The notes: generated by a model from the sequence alone, not told the origin. Positions 48,725-61,747 are shown, counted from the stretch's first letter. The stretch: 64,000 nt of DNA from Leidyana gryllorum EB-2025a (GCA_048772705.1 JBLWGC010000136.1:56123-120122); one strand, 5' to 3'. Numbers and translations: made by a program.

Positions 48725-50196
48725 ACTTTGCGTTTTCCCAGGGAGCTCGGATGACCCAGATGAGGCCCTGCCACGTTCTGCTTGTCGGCCCCCCCACACT
48801 TGGCCATATCCACCCGTTACTACAGCTCGCAGAGTTACTGGTTGGCCATGGTGGTTGTGTCGTGAGCATGGTGTTTCCGATCTGCCGAGATTCGAGAATT
48901 GGCGCAGTCCGACCTCAGCTACAAAGGCACGTGCGATATATACACCTAAGAGGACCTGGGGATACAGATTTGCTCGGGGCGTGGAAATACCCAGAAGAGC
49001 ATGTTGTGAGTATCATCTCGAAAGTCACCAGAGAATTATGTCGGTCGGAGGAAGATTGGCCGTCTCCATCGACTCTGATTTTTGATCAGTTTAGTGTGTG
49101 GGCATTAGATCTAGCAGAGCACCTCGGTATCAAAAGCACCCTCTTGTTTGTTGCGTCTAGTTTGCCCTATTTGTATATGACGTTGGAACCGGGTGCCATA
49201 TTGGAAATGGCAGAAACGTCGCCTTGTGTGACTTTCCCCGGACTGATGGACGTACCGACTGCACACATGCCGCCAGTACATGCTGATAGACATTCGATGA
49301 TCGGTCAGTGGTTCCGATCGTACTTTCGAAGGTATCGTGAGGCGCAGGGGATCATTTGCAATGATCATCGGGGGCTCTATCCAGCTTTCGCTGCAATAGT
49401 GGAGAAAGAGGTTGCACGAAAGTGGAACAGCCAGATATTTTTGATCGGTCCACTTGTCGGTCGGTCCACTGCCCAAAATATACCCGACAATATCCAATCA
49501 TTCCTGAAGCAGTCGGCGGCCGAAGGGAAACCGGTGCTTTACATTGCTTTCGGCTCATGGTGCTTGATGCCCTTGAAACATCTTCGTGCAGTAGCGCAGG
49601 GTATCGAGAACTCTGGCTTGCCCTTCGTGTGGGCGTATCGTCCCCTAGACAAGGACAATTGGTTTCGAAGACTTCCTCAAGATACTCTCGATCTCTTCCC
49701 TGGAGAAGCCACTGACGAGTTCGATGATGATGGATTGCCCCGTGACTTCCGAAATCGTGTGTCCAACTCCAAGCAAGGTTTGATCGTGCCCTGGATTCCT
49801 CAAACTGCCATCCTGGCCGCTCCCGAAGTTAAGCTCTTCATTAGTCATTGTGGCTGGAATAGCTTGTTGGAGTGTTTCGCCGCTCCTGTAGCTCGACCAA
49901 TCATAGCAGTGCCTTTAGACGCCGAGCAAAGCCTCAATGCCGACCTGGTCGAGCAATATTGGCAGGTGGGCCTTCGAGTTTACGACGGTGGAGGCCTTCA
50001 AGGCCGCCAAGCGCCGTGTCCGAAGAGTCAGTGGGTGACAGATGCCATTCATCGCTGCTGTACTGATCCAGCCTTTACGGAGCGTGCCACAACCTTGAAG
50101 AAGCCCTTGACTGAGAACCACGCAATACGAGAAGCCTTTCGAAACTATGTCAGGACGGCACCACCCATGAACAGTGATCACTTCGATTGTCCATGA
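48721..50196 (+). CDS. GT1 UDP-glycosyltransferase, plant secondary-product (PSPG) type
   Basis: Catalytic His in GHIHPLLQLAELL, Asp in IFDQFSVW, IGPL, VLYIAFGS, SGLPFVW, and PSPG box WIPQTAIL...FISHCGWNSLLE...IAVPLDAEQ. Intronless; start may be 48751. Confidence 0.93.
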   Translation: MNFAFSQGARMTQMRPCHVLLVGPPTLGHIHPLLQLAELLVGHGGCVVSMVFPICRDSRIGAVRPQLQRHVRYIHLRGPGDTDLLGAWKYPEEHVVSIISKVTRELCRSEEDWPSPSTLIFDQFSVWALDLAEHLGIKSTLLFVASSLPYLYMTLEPGAILEMAETSPCVTFPGLMDVPTAHMPPVHADRHSMIGQWFRSYFRRYREAQGIICNDHRGLYPAFAAIVEKEVARKWNSQIFLIGPLVGRSTAQNIPDNIQSFLKQSAAEGKPVLYIAFGSWCLMPLKHLRAVAQGIENSGLPFVWAYRPLDKDNWFRRLPQDTLDLFPGEATDEFDDDGLPRDFRNRVSNSKQGLIVPWIPQTAILAAPEVKLFISHCGWNSLLECFAAPVARPIIAVPLDAEQSLNADLVEQYWQVGLRVYDGGGLQGRQAPCPKSQWVTDAIHRCCTDPAFTERATTLKKPLTENHAIREAFRNYVRTAPPMNSDHFDCP

Positions 50197-50305
50197 GTTC
50201 TCTGTGTTGACACGCGAATGGTCGGCATATATCCTTGGCGCTTCCACGATTCGCTGTTCCAATCGTCGTCTGTAGATCGACATGAAAAGTCGCTTCGTGA
50301 CACGG

Positions 50306-51748
50306 TCAGCCGCCACTACCCGTATTTATAAGCGATATGACTGCGTATGCCGCCACACTGACATAAAGATTATCAATCGTGCCTGTATATCCCTCCACCA
50401 ACGCCGCAGCAATCCCGGAGTACAAAGCGGCCTTACAAGTGACCCCTTCGTCTGAGTCGGGGACTCCAATCGTCCGCAAACCGATGATGACAGCGGAATA
50501 TGCCAGCACAAATGCAACGCTGCCTAAAGAAGGGTAAAGAAGGCTGTGACAGAGTCGTACCTTGGTACGATTTACGAGCCCCTGTGAAGGGCAGGTAAAT
50601 CTTCGGGATAAAGCGATTGTTCAGAGAACCTATGATGGCAGCAAAGCTATCGCCAGCACAAGTTGCAGCTACTCCCAAGCTGGCCCGTAAGAGTGATGGG
50701 GGCATGCGCCCCGTCTCGGATCTCCACAGCTCGAGATAGAATGTAATGGAAGTGCCGAGAAGTAAATAAAAGGGAGTGAGGTATAGACCGCAGCGATCTC
50801 TGGAATCCGCAAATCTGATGACGGATGCATGATAATCTTGCAACAAAACCCTTACCGGAGAAACTTCCCGTCGATAAGACGCTTAACTCCGTACAGATCG
50901 AAAGCTCGTGCACCCTCCAGAAAGATATACACTTCTGTGATGACAAACCACGCAAATGTGATAAAGTAAAAGGAGTCTTCTCCGAAGAGGCCCGGCAAAA
51001 TGATGAGGGCCAAGAGAAAATGGAAGTATTTTCTTCCTAAGATGTACCGAAGCGTATTTGCTCGTTGGATGAGACAAGCATGTTCGGTCCCATCCTCGGG
51101 AGGCTCGATCACCGCACAGCTCACGCCGACTGACAGCCCTGCCGCCACCATTACCAACCAATAACAAACCATGTAACCGTGTTGATAACAGATGTCGCAG
51201 AACACAGTGGGCAGCTGCGGTATCACTTCCTTGGAGACCGAGAAGATCTGCCAAGCATTCAAGCCTAGTGGCAACAGGAAGAGTAGAGTGCCGCCCGGTG
51301 TCTCCGTGCGAAGCCTTGTGAGTAGACAGATGTATCCGTATGAAAGGCCAGAGATCAGCAAGGCGAGGTTTCGGTAGTTCAGCAGTTGCGGTGGAGGCGC
51401 CCAGTTGTGTAAGGCCCAGACGGCAAGCGCATTTATGTTTAAGATCCCTTGTAGATGTGTAACGGCTAATTGGTGCACTGTTACATTATCGCGCTCGAGA
51501 CTGAAGAAGTTAGAGGGGCCTGAGCTTCGCACTTACTTTCGAACCAAAGTGTGGTTGTTGATCAACATGGACGGGAATAATAAGGTGTTGCATCCCGTAC
51601 AGGCCCATGCAAGTGCTAAACAACACAAGAGTAACGGTGAGCTTGTGGTCTTCTGCGTTATTAGCGTGATGATGGAGACCGACAGCCCTGCCGGGTGGGG
51701 TATGGCCCAAGCCAAAAAGACGTGGATGTTCCGTTCCAACCACCTCAT
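50306..51748 (-). CDS. Dolichol kinase (Sec59/DOLK)
   Basis: RKYFH, F.DSRD...LTPFYLLLG, GDSFAAIIG, KSYQGT, EGYTGTIDNL. Many TM helices; multi-exon. Confidence 0.9.
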
Positions 51749-51753
51749 AATTT

Positions 51754-53242
51754 CTATTTAGTGACTGCTTCTACTATTTTGCTCAATAGAGTGACTTGAT
51801 GGGTGACGTCGTTGGATAGCTGCGCAAGACCAGCATTCGCCTCCATCAATACTTGCTCCATCTTGACTAGTTCATCTTCCAAGGCTACGGCCTGATTGAA
51901 TTGGAGTTTTCGTACTCACTTACCTGTGAGTCGGCTGTGAAGGTTTGATGCTTCTATCGCTAAGAGGCCGATGTATTTCAACTTGTGGGTCAACTACGTG
52001 CAATATGCTTCGGTCGCGACACGTTACTTACACGAGGGAGCGAAATCGCCGTGGATTTCCACCTCTCCACCAAAGTGAAAAGTTCATCCACCTTGTAGTC
52101 GGAAGCACTAGTATCCGTGTTCCCTGAACCCAAAATCCGTTGACGAACAGACAACAACCGGTCGAATTCCACGGAGAGTTCCTTCGGAAGTGTCAGAATT
52201 GAAGCGGATTCGATCTTACGTGTGCTCTTTCACTTATTGTTTCCAATCTTTTCGGATCCAATAAGAGAATACGATCAGTGACTTGGACCAACGCTGATCA
52301 AAAATCGCTCATCGAAATGATTGCAATGCCCACCGCTGGTGATATCGGAATAGGGAAACTTGTACGCCTGAGCATTGAGTAAGCCAACCACGTTCTCAAT
52401 GTCTGACAATTTCTGGTCGAGCCTGGCATACGTGTCCAGTAAATCTTCGCTTGAGTGCTGGGCATTGGCCACGGCGTAGACCTCGACAAACGCTTGCGGA
52501 GTCTGAGTTTGAGAACTGTCCACCGGTGCATTCGCGGACTTGAGTATGTCCCCCAGCAGATCCACTCGCGCACTTTCAACACTCTTCTGCTTGAAAATTG
52601 TGCTCATATTGTGAACTTGTTGATAGGCCTTGCTATGTAAGACTTGATTCAATTGATTCTCCAAATCATTGAGCGTATCTTGTAACCGCCACCCGTCCAG
52701 CAACAACGGTTCCAAATCTTCACGTTTGATCTCCTGAGTTAGTCTGACCTGCTAATATGGTAATAAAAGGTCATTTGGTCACCTTTGCTTCTGGGGATCT
52801 GTACTGTCCTTTTGTAGTAACAAACCTATGGTTGCTTGGCGCTGATCCACATACTTCTCGAGGTTGGCTTGCAATATGCCGATCTCATCCTTAATCCTCT
52901 GGGTAGTTTCGTCGGGGCTCTCATAAACATCCGACCGGAATGATGTCAAGACAAGTGGAGTCTGATGTCTTTGCCGCGCAGCCTCCTGAAGTAGGCAAGT
53001 TTGTACCGGATGGGAGTCGGGTCTGCTGGAATGTGAGCATTGTCGATGCATCGGTAAACTCACAGCGCGTCTCCAGTAGCGACCGTCTCAAACCAATGGA
53101 GAGTGTCATGCACTGGGCGAATAGGATCTTGATTAGCGTTATCGGTCCCACTGGCGTCATGCGATGTCGGGGGTCGAGGATTAATTATCCCCAGTGTCTC
53201 AGGTACCTGCTCGGCGTAATTGACCACTTTCTTAGTTGACAT
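51754..53242 (-). CDS. Dynactin subunit 2 (dynamitin/p50)-like coiled-coil protein
   Basis: ESPDETTQRIKDEI, LDQKLSDIENVVG and KVDELFTLVERWKSTAISLPRV resemble dynamitin motifs. Multi-exon; TAG at 51754-51756. Confidence 0.65.
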
Positions 53243-53559
53243 CGTTGGGTTAAAAATTCGAAGATCGCAATCAGCTGAATCTTATCGAAAGGGGCTTGAC
53301 GGAAAAGGCTCGTCCAAGGTACAATGGGCAAGTAGAGAGGAAGGGAGCTAGAAGCGAGCCTCCTAATTGTTCCCGGTCCCAGACATATTAATCACGATAT
53401 TGTGGTTGCGATCCCTACCCTCACCTTCTACACCGACTTCTCGGCTCGATGAGCGCTGTCGAGGCCAGTACAGGAAGTCACAAGCCCATGAGACGCAAGT
53501 TCGGGTGAGAACAGCATCTGCGCTTCTATATTTCTGAAGTTTCTCATGTTGCCGGGGCG

Positions 53560-54711
53560 GTGCTCGCCCCATGCAAACTGTCCGGACTCCGAAAAGCCAA
53601 TGGGAGTCCAGAAAAGCAATCAATGCTCCCGGACTGCCTAACTCCTCTTCCTCCCAAGGTGAAAAGAGGAAAACTGAGCTCATCCTGGCATATGTGTGCA
53701 GTAATTGCCAACAATGCCTCCACATCCACGAACTTATTGCTGTCAAAGACATCGAGTCACTTAGTAGAAGAGGTTGTTGACGAGAATGATCACACTAGTC
53801 TGGTCAGCCAAGCCCAAAAAGACACTCGGTTCAATCTGTACCCTAATTTGTCACCGGAAGATCTCCAGTAAGCTTGACGCTTTCGAGGGGAAATCGTCAC
53901 CCCAGAGAGCTGATGAGATTGCACGAGCAGTTCAAAGGACCACTCCTTGGACCACAACGTCCGAATGATCGGGTAAAGCTTCAGTTGCCGTTTGGTGCTC
54001 CATTATCGTAGGGACGGAAAACCCTCGTCCTGGATTTGGATGAAACGCTGGTACATTCTTCTTTCCAACCCGTCGCCATTGCAGCATTCGTCATTCCCGT
54101 GGAGATTGAAACATTAGTCTACGAGATATATGTTGCAAAGCGTCCTGGTGAGCAACGCAAAGCTTTTCACCGAATCCCCCCCCAGGAGTGGACGAGTTCT
54201 TGAGCTTCTGTGCGGAATTGTACGAGGTGGTTATTTTCACTGCTAGCTTGGGGAAAGTGAGGATCGTATCCTGACATACTCTCTTTCAGTACGCAGGCCC
54301 GCTGTTGGACAAGATAGATCCGGAGAAGAAGTGTCCCTGGCGGCTGTACAGAGATGCCTGTTTACTCTGGCAAGGCAACTATGTAAAGGATCTCTCCAAG
54401 CTGGGAAGGGACTTGAAAGATGTACTGATTGTCGATGTGAGACTTGTGCCGATCCTCCAACATCCGTTGTCGCAGAATTCTCCAGCGAGCTCGATCTTAC
54501 AACCGGACAATGCAATCCCCATCCGAAGCTGGTGAGTCGCTATCCGGAATGATTGATATACAGGCGGCACAGGTTTGATGATCCGGAGGATCGTGAGCTG
54601 TACGAATTAATGCCAATTCTCCGAGCCCTATCCCGAGTGGACGACATCCAAGCTGTAATGCGAAGGACCGCGACGTGCGAAAGTGATGAAGAAAGCGATA
54701 TGGGTTTCTGA
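53560..54711 (+). CDS. SCP/Psr1-type CTD small phosphatase (NIF/FCP1 HAD domain)
   Basis: [56 protein letters not shown] across short introns. 5' end uncertain. Confidence 0.92.
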
Positions 54712-54858
54712 CACCAGCGAAATACCTACTTATGCAATCTCAATGGTCCGCAGTAACAGATTTGTTGCCAGAGATTGTTCAGAGCGTCAACAATCCATGT
54801 GTGTCGTTTGTATATGTACGGAACCGACAAAGATCCGTCTTGTTGTATTTCTGTCACC

Positions 54859-57800
54859 ATGTGGACGCTCGTAGCGCTGCTATTCACAGCTTGCTCGGCT
54901 CAAAATGCTACATACGACTCGTGAGTGGTGAAAGGGGCTTGGTCATTCATGTTCGGCTAGACAATATCTGCTCTCACTAACCCAGTTTCGCCAGCAAGTA
55001 AGTGCGTGCGACCTTCCTGAAAAATGAGACTGCAGCACAGGCGCACGGAGGACGGACGATTATGTGCGGCAGCTTTTGAACACGCACATGAAATGTAAGA
55101 TCGCTTCAGAGGTCGAACAAACTCTCTTAGCTTCACGGACTGTACCTCAACAGCGTCGCCATCGGGGACAACAGGACGAGAATGGTGTTATGTCGAAGCC
55201 CAAGCGAGAGCAGTTGGAGATAAAGCTTGGGGTTATTGTCGACCGGTAATCGATTATGACTTTGTGAGGCTGATGGCGAGTGACACTCTCCGAACTCGGG
55301 CTGACACCATGGCCTCGATGATGGAGAAACTCATGAGCGAAAAGGAAAAGTTAAATGATGTCGTTGAACGGTATCACAGCACGTGTGAAGTAGCACTGCC
55401 CTTGGTAGAGGGACGCTTGCGAGATTTGCAGACTACTTTGACGCACGCCGAGCATAGTCTTGACAATGCTGAACAAGCACGCCTCGCTACCACCAGGATG
55501 CGCGAGTCGCTCGCTGAAATTACGAGTACATACCATTCCAGGTTATCTTTGTCTTTGAAGCATCCCAAAAACTGCCGGGCTGTTCGAGGATATGAGTCTG
55601 ATGGTGAAGCCGACGGCTTGAGAGGGACTTACTATGCGAACCCATATCTAGCTTGCAAAGCCGGAACCACTTTCGTGCGGAATGATCCCCAACTCGACTT
55701 TGTATGGAACTCAGTTTCGCCTGCACCAGGCATTGCGCCAGAAGGTGAGCGTGTGCTTGTGATATCCGAGATGTTCCACCCTGTTAGCGTTCTCAATACG
55801 GTGGGACGGGTATCTCTCGGTTCCCGAGAGCGGAGAGTACCATGTCATCAGTGAGGCTGATTGTGGCGCTAGAATATACATAAATCGTCAACTCGTACTT
55901 GTCGATCGAATGCCTCTCATGGATCATTCTCGGGATATGCCAATGGAGGCATACGAAGAAGTTCGCCTCCTGCCCCCCAAAGGCAAGTCCGGTGTCAAAC
56001 GGGTGATCTCGAAACCTCTGGTGAGTGCTCCTGTGTTCATGCAAAGTCCAACCACCCAGTTTCTCACGTACGATGCCAAAGTACCTATTCGAGTCGAGTA
56101 TGTCCACAGCTCTCACCTCTTGTGGCATAATGAGCAAGTGGCCATTTTCAAGCTCTCTTGGAAAGGACCGCACATACCAGAGACGGTCATCCCTGCCTCC
56201 GCCCTGTTTTCGTCCAATCAACAGCCACTCCTGAAACTCAGTTTGTTGCCTGCATCTTTGTTAGAGATCGCTTACGCCTACAGAGGACTACGACCTTTCA
56301 ATGACGACCCAGATGCCTATCTCATTGATCTACCACTTGAACTGGAAGGTTCTAAAGTGTTGAAGGGCCCCAAGCAGCTGGCAGGCAACTTGCCCGGCGG
56401 GATTCTGGAGTTTGAAGTGAGCGCCCCGGCAGATCTCACAGTGGCATACGGCGCAGACGATTTTCCACTGAAATGTGAGGGGAACCTATGTCCACCAGTG
56501 GAGGCAGTGGAGGACCAGGTGACTCTGTCCTCAGGCCCGTTTGACCGCGCTTTTGTGGAGCCATATCGTCTGGGAAGAATGAAGTTGCCAACGGCTGGAG
56601 CCTATCAATTCACTTGCGCAACTGGCAATCCACTTCTTCTTTTCTTCACGACGGTACTCACGAGAGATGATGATGTTTGCGCGGGAGAAGTGCAAGTTTT
56701 GTCTTTACCCTCTTCTGAGATTTACGATCACTGCACAGCAACGTCTGAGGAAAATGAGGCCTACGCGTGCTCATATGGGTAGGTCATACACTCACCACTG
56801 CGTCAATTGTCATGTTAGGCTGAATCAAATGCATCGGGATGTTCCGTACGGAGTTTGGCGCACTAATTCCAATATTGGATTGGGTCAAGGGTAAGGTGAT
56901 CTGGATGGGACACAAAGTAATGTCCGCAGGCTCGAAGTCTTGTTCAAAGAAGCTGTTCGGATAACCAAATTCAAGTTCAAGCCCTTGGACGACCCATTAC
57001 GCTGGCCTTCTGAGATCACACTAAGTTTTGAAGGCAATATTCCGGATCAAACTTTCACACTAGTTTACTCGTCTAACTTGGACCTTCTAGAATACGAGAT
57101 TGCCCCGGTCGTCACGTCTGCCGTGCGTATAAACATAACGGAAATGTATGCACAGGGACATGGTACAGGCGGAAGCGTTGAGATTCTGGGAACTTTGTGT
57201 ACCAATTCTCAGCAGGACGTCGACAAGACCGTCAACTCGCTAATTCCCGCCGCCGCCCGCAAAGACGGCCCTGCTGGATGGCATTTTGTATTCCACGCGA
57301 TTGATCAATTCACTCCAGAGATCCCCCGGTCTGTACTCATTGACGACGGAGGAATGTTTGGGCCCAAGGTAAGTGAAGTGACACAATTTCGCGAGGCCAG
57401 CATTGCAGCAACGAACACCCGACGCCCCTTCGTACGGCTGGGAGCGACCTGCAGAAGCTGCAGAGTGTCGTGTGGACTCCACAACCCTTCCTCGAAACTT
57501 CCTCGAGTGGAGTCTGAGCGGTGGAATATCGTTTCCGCCGTCGGTCGACTCAAGAGACTGTGAGAGCGATGCACTGGTAAGACGCTGTCTCAGCTCTGGT
57601 TTCATTTTCGCTTAGGATTGCACACCTAATAAGTGGACGGTCGAGCTCATACCTAATCAGCTCGTTCGAGTAACAGCTGGGGTGGGAAATCCTTGTTCCA
57701 CAGAGCCTGTTATATCAAGCTTGTTTGTGAACGGGCGGATGCTGCTGTCCGAGCAAGAGATTGCGCCTCAAGAAGTCTATTACGCCACACTGGACGAGGT

Positions 57801-57921
57801 GACTACGGATGCTAGCGGTAAACTGACCCTCACTGACTATGTGGACGGTGAACGAGGAGAGATGCTGGCCAGACAGCGGGTCAGCACCCTTTTGGTAGTC
57901 AAAGTTATTCCGGTCGAATGA
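54859..57921 (+). CDS. Secreted multidomain protein: signal peptide, coiled coil, PA14, discoidin-like domains
   Basis: MWTLVALLFTACSA signal; GLRGTYYAN...DPQLDFVW...FSIRWDGYL...ADCGARIYIN (PA14); VW.TN...VLFKEAVRITKF...VVTSAVRINI (discoidin-like). Confidence 0.75.
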
Positions 57922-58230
57922 TCATAAAATACTTGAGGCGAGATGTTGGAAGCATATACGAACTCTAAGCAATACAACCCACAGCAACTTGAGACAATGT
58001 GACAATTGGTGGAGGAATCCCGAACAATAAGTAATCTACGGAGACAACGGCGAAGGTATCACACTCACTCACTGCGTCCGTGAACCACAACCTCGAGTCA
58101 CTGCAATTTGCAGGAACGCGGTGGCCATGCTGAACGTCCTTTCTCACGTAATTGCGGTTGTACACGAACTTGGGGCAGGTTGCATACATAGTTTGAGACG
58201 GTTTACACATTTCAAAATTGTCAATCGGAT

Positions 58231-58497
58231 CGAGTCGAAGTTGCGCCTGGCCCAATAGGTAGAACAGCAGCGAGCCTTTACGCCTGCGCTTTACTTAATT
58301 CTCGGTCGTCGCCCGCTCGGTTTCGCGGAACGCTCGGCCTACTCTTATGTGGAATATGAAACCCAATCCGACTGCCAGAAACAGTTCCAACACTCCAAAT
58401 ACCGCTACCGAGTAGCTCATTGAGTATTCATATAGAAGTCTGAAAATGAAGGACTGACAGAAGAGTATCATCTCACATTGTGCCGAGAGAGTGTCAG
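58231..58497 (-). pseudogene. Diverged, disrupted copy of the 5' part of the gene at 61047-61747
   Basis: Nucleotide similarity to 61543-61876; TAC>TAA change, frame difference and lost GT donor. Confidence 0.55.
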
Positions 58498-60463
58498 GAC
58501 GCCTGTGGGGTGTCGCTGTGGGGGAACACTCTGGAACGCACACTGAGGGGACAGACAGGCGGCAATGCCACAGGGACCCCCATATCTTCTAAATCTCCAA
58601 ATCGGTGATTGATCACCATACTGCTCAGCCACGCATCCCGTGAGGGGATTATGATGAAGTTATCGAAGATACCGCCAACAGAGATCTGCGCCTCCTTCAG
58701 CGTCGCTTCCAGCATTTTGGAGTACCACTGACTCACGATCAATCTCGGAACGGAAATGTGGTAAGTGGAGTTCAAACGAGCGGAGCCAGTTCGACGACTC
58801 TTCTTGCGAAACCGTCTCCACTGCTCGCTATCCTCAACTGACTGAGCCCTCAGATACGTATCGATCTCATCAGCCGAACACCCGATGTACTTCAGCATAG
58901 CCCGGAGAGTGGCATCGGTATAGAGTCCGGAGACGAGCTCTAATTGCACTTTAGGCCACGGATATTGCAGAAGGGCTGCTGCTTGGAGGCCGAAACGGAT
59001 TCGAAGGCCTTTGCGTCGCCAAATAGAGTGCCCAATCAGAAACCAATCAGTCAACCGTGCGATTCTCAAAGATATCCCGGTAACACCGACATAGTGGATT
59101 TGACAGCTCTCAATCAAACGTCGAATTGCTTCCGGTGGGTCATCGCGTTTGGTGTGAAGGCACAGAACTCGAACACAATCGGGAGGCCAACATGGGGGCG
59201 ACCCGCCTTTGGACAGTGTGTCAATGAGCTCCCAACCCTTTAGCGGTAATTCAATCCGCTTCAAACTCTGGAAGGGTAAATCGTTGATGGATTCTTCTGT
59301 CAGAGTCGGAATGGAGTCGGTGTTGACATAGAAAATTTGTCTTAGCTCGGCCCAATGGAGTCGACGTCGGAAGCCGGTGGCACTCAGATACGCTGTGTGA
59401 TCACTCGCCTGTCCAGTGCACGTGGGCGGGTATACAGCGGGAGGTTCGGTCAAAGGGAGCGCTCTCCAACAGGGAGACAATGATTCCAGATCCTGTGTGC
59501 GTGCCAACCGGAACCATCCTAAACTCGAATACGCGTGCGGGAGAACTGCCCCATTCTCCTGAGGTTCGTTGACCCACCATTGCGCAGGAAGCCGTCGGAT
59601 GCAATGAGTTCTTTCCAAGACTCTGCGACAAAGCGGATGCATATGTCGCTCGCGGTCGGTCCACTCTCTCATAAGATAATCGACAACCGTTCGCGCCTCT
59701 CTGCATTCTGTCCAATGAGAACCGCAAAAACCCCTCACCTCGCGCTTTTTGGCCACGTGTAGGTGGTTCTGTAGTGCAATTCCGGACGGTCACTCGCCCA
59801 ATCCCGCGGGTGTGGCAGAAAGTCCAATAAGAACGGAGATGTCTTCCAACCGCCGTTCACCTCGGACACCGGACCGTCTTCAGCTTTGAAGATCCAATAC
59901 TTGAATTCTGGATTCGTCACCACCACAATCATGTCATCGGGTCCGTCACCTACAGCCTGACGCAGTGCAAGCGCCACATTGTGGTCAATGAAAGGAAGCT
60001 GGTGCCTTTTGACAGCTAAGCACTCCAATTTCGGAGCATCAATATGTAGCGATCCTGCGGAGAAGTTGGACCAACTAAGATCCAAAAACTTCAGCTCGGG
60101 AAAGTTCAATGTATAGGATCCCCCCCTCTTGGAGAACGCACCGATCACCGCCTCAGTCAGCCTGGGGAGACCCCACTGGCTCATCTTCTCCAACATGTCA
60201 ATGATGTTGAGCGCTTCTACGCGAAGCCCGATCCACTCCATAGATTCCAGGTGAGGGCACGATCTGCGGAGCCACACTTCGAACCACGAGGCGCGTTGTA
60301 CCCAGACCCACTGTCCCGGGTAGAGGTAAAGCTGTTCGGCAACCAACAATGAACTTTCCGAATGCAGAATGTTGTAGATCTGTTTGGAGATCCCTGCCAG
60401 TCGTGTCAGCTCCCATAACGGCAGAAAGCCAAGAATTTGGGCCCAGATGAGGTCGCTAAGCAT
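58494..60463 (-). CDS. F-box-like / LRR-like protein
   Basis: N-terminal DLIWAQILGFLPLWELTRLAGISK (F-box-like); CPHLESM, LPRLTE, FPELKFLDL, APKLECL. One intron near 59708-59738. Confidence 0.7.
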
Positions 60464-61046
60464 TTGTCAACACCAAAGGTTGGGGGAGTGTGTTTGCGCA
60501 CCCGTGTGCGAGCTGTAACAAGTGGCCCGCCAGTGCCGTGTAGTGGTTCCGCCGCACTTCCCGTTACAACATCCTGTCGTGTGGACAACATAAAGCAATA
60601 TGTCCCGTGTCTCGCTTCTTACAATCCGTTCTGACCTCGTGGTCGCTGGCTGCTCCATAAACGGCAACCGGATGCAGCATATGGCAATTGACGGCACATG
60701 CTGGCCTCCAACCCTTCTCTTCACCATTGGGAAAGATCAAAGAAGCTTCATGTTCGGGTCTCAGCAGCAAGCCAGCATCGCGGCTAAGATGCTCTTGAAC
60801 ATCCAGTACAGTCACGCCCTTGCTGGCAAATCATCACATTCAGATTATGGTCTATCATCACTCTCTCCATCAACGAGTCGAGGAGGCCGTTCCACAACGC
60901 AGCGAGCAATCAGTCCACACCGTCAGACTCCATGAAAGATTCCATGGCCTCAATTTAAGCGGATTTTGTGATCATTCTCTGTACGGCAGACTGCTTTTGC
61001 AGTCCTACGGAATTGTTCGTTCTATCTAAAGTCGGTATCTAGGGCC

Positions 61047-61747
61047 TCAACTTTGCGTGGCTCCACCAACGTCAGTATGCAACGCGTACTCCCCGGTCTC
61101 TTCGGTCTCTTCGGACTCTTCGGACTCTGCGGGCTGCATGCCGAAAGGTCCTGCAGATGCTGGGGGCGTCGTTGTAGATGACGGTGGGTCAGATTCCGTG
61201 GTCGCCTCAGGTGGAGGCTCCACATTCGCAATTCTCCGAGCCTCTGCCAGCCTTTGCCAGCTCACCTCGAGAAGTTGACGGCAAATACTCTCAGATACTG
61301 GGCTGTCGGCCTCTGACCTTCCATGCTGATGGCTAATACGCTCGCTCGCCGAGCCTCCATGCTGAGGGCGAATACGCACAGCTACCGCGCTGCCGTCCTG
61401 TGAGCCTCCAGAAGACTCACAGCAGCTCTTAGAGTTCCGTGCCGACTTCCGCTTTCGCTTCGCTTCGCGGGTCCTTTTCCATTCATCCAAGCAGTGCTCA
61501 ATCCACTTCTCAAGTCTGCAGAAACATAACTGTCAATCAGATTGAGTCGAACTTACAGACGGCTCGCTAAGAAGAACAGGAGCCCGTACGCCTCTGCTTT
61601 AATTAAATCTTGGCTGCCGACCGCTCGGTCTCGCGGTTCGCTCAGCTTAAACAGCTGGAAGGGTATGATTACCAATACGGCGGCCGAAATCAGTGTCAAC
61701 ACTCCAGATACCACTCCCGAGCAGCTCATTGAGTGTTTAGGAGTCAT
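61047..61747 (-). CDS. Small membrane protein with charged/acidic tail
   Basis: Hydrophobic exon (GVLTLISAAVLVIIPF...GLLFFLASRL) spliced via gtaagt...ctgcag in frame to ORF 61047..61490. Confidence 0.5.

Noticed and set aside
19441-51748. Glycosylation gene cluster (transporter, GT14-like, UGT, dolichol kinase)
   Set aside because: The genes are spread over 30 kb among unrelated housekeeping genes, with no evidence of functional clustering.
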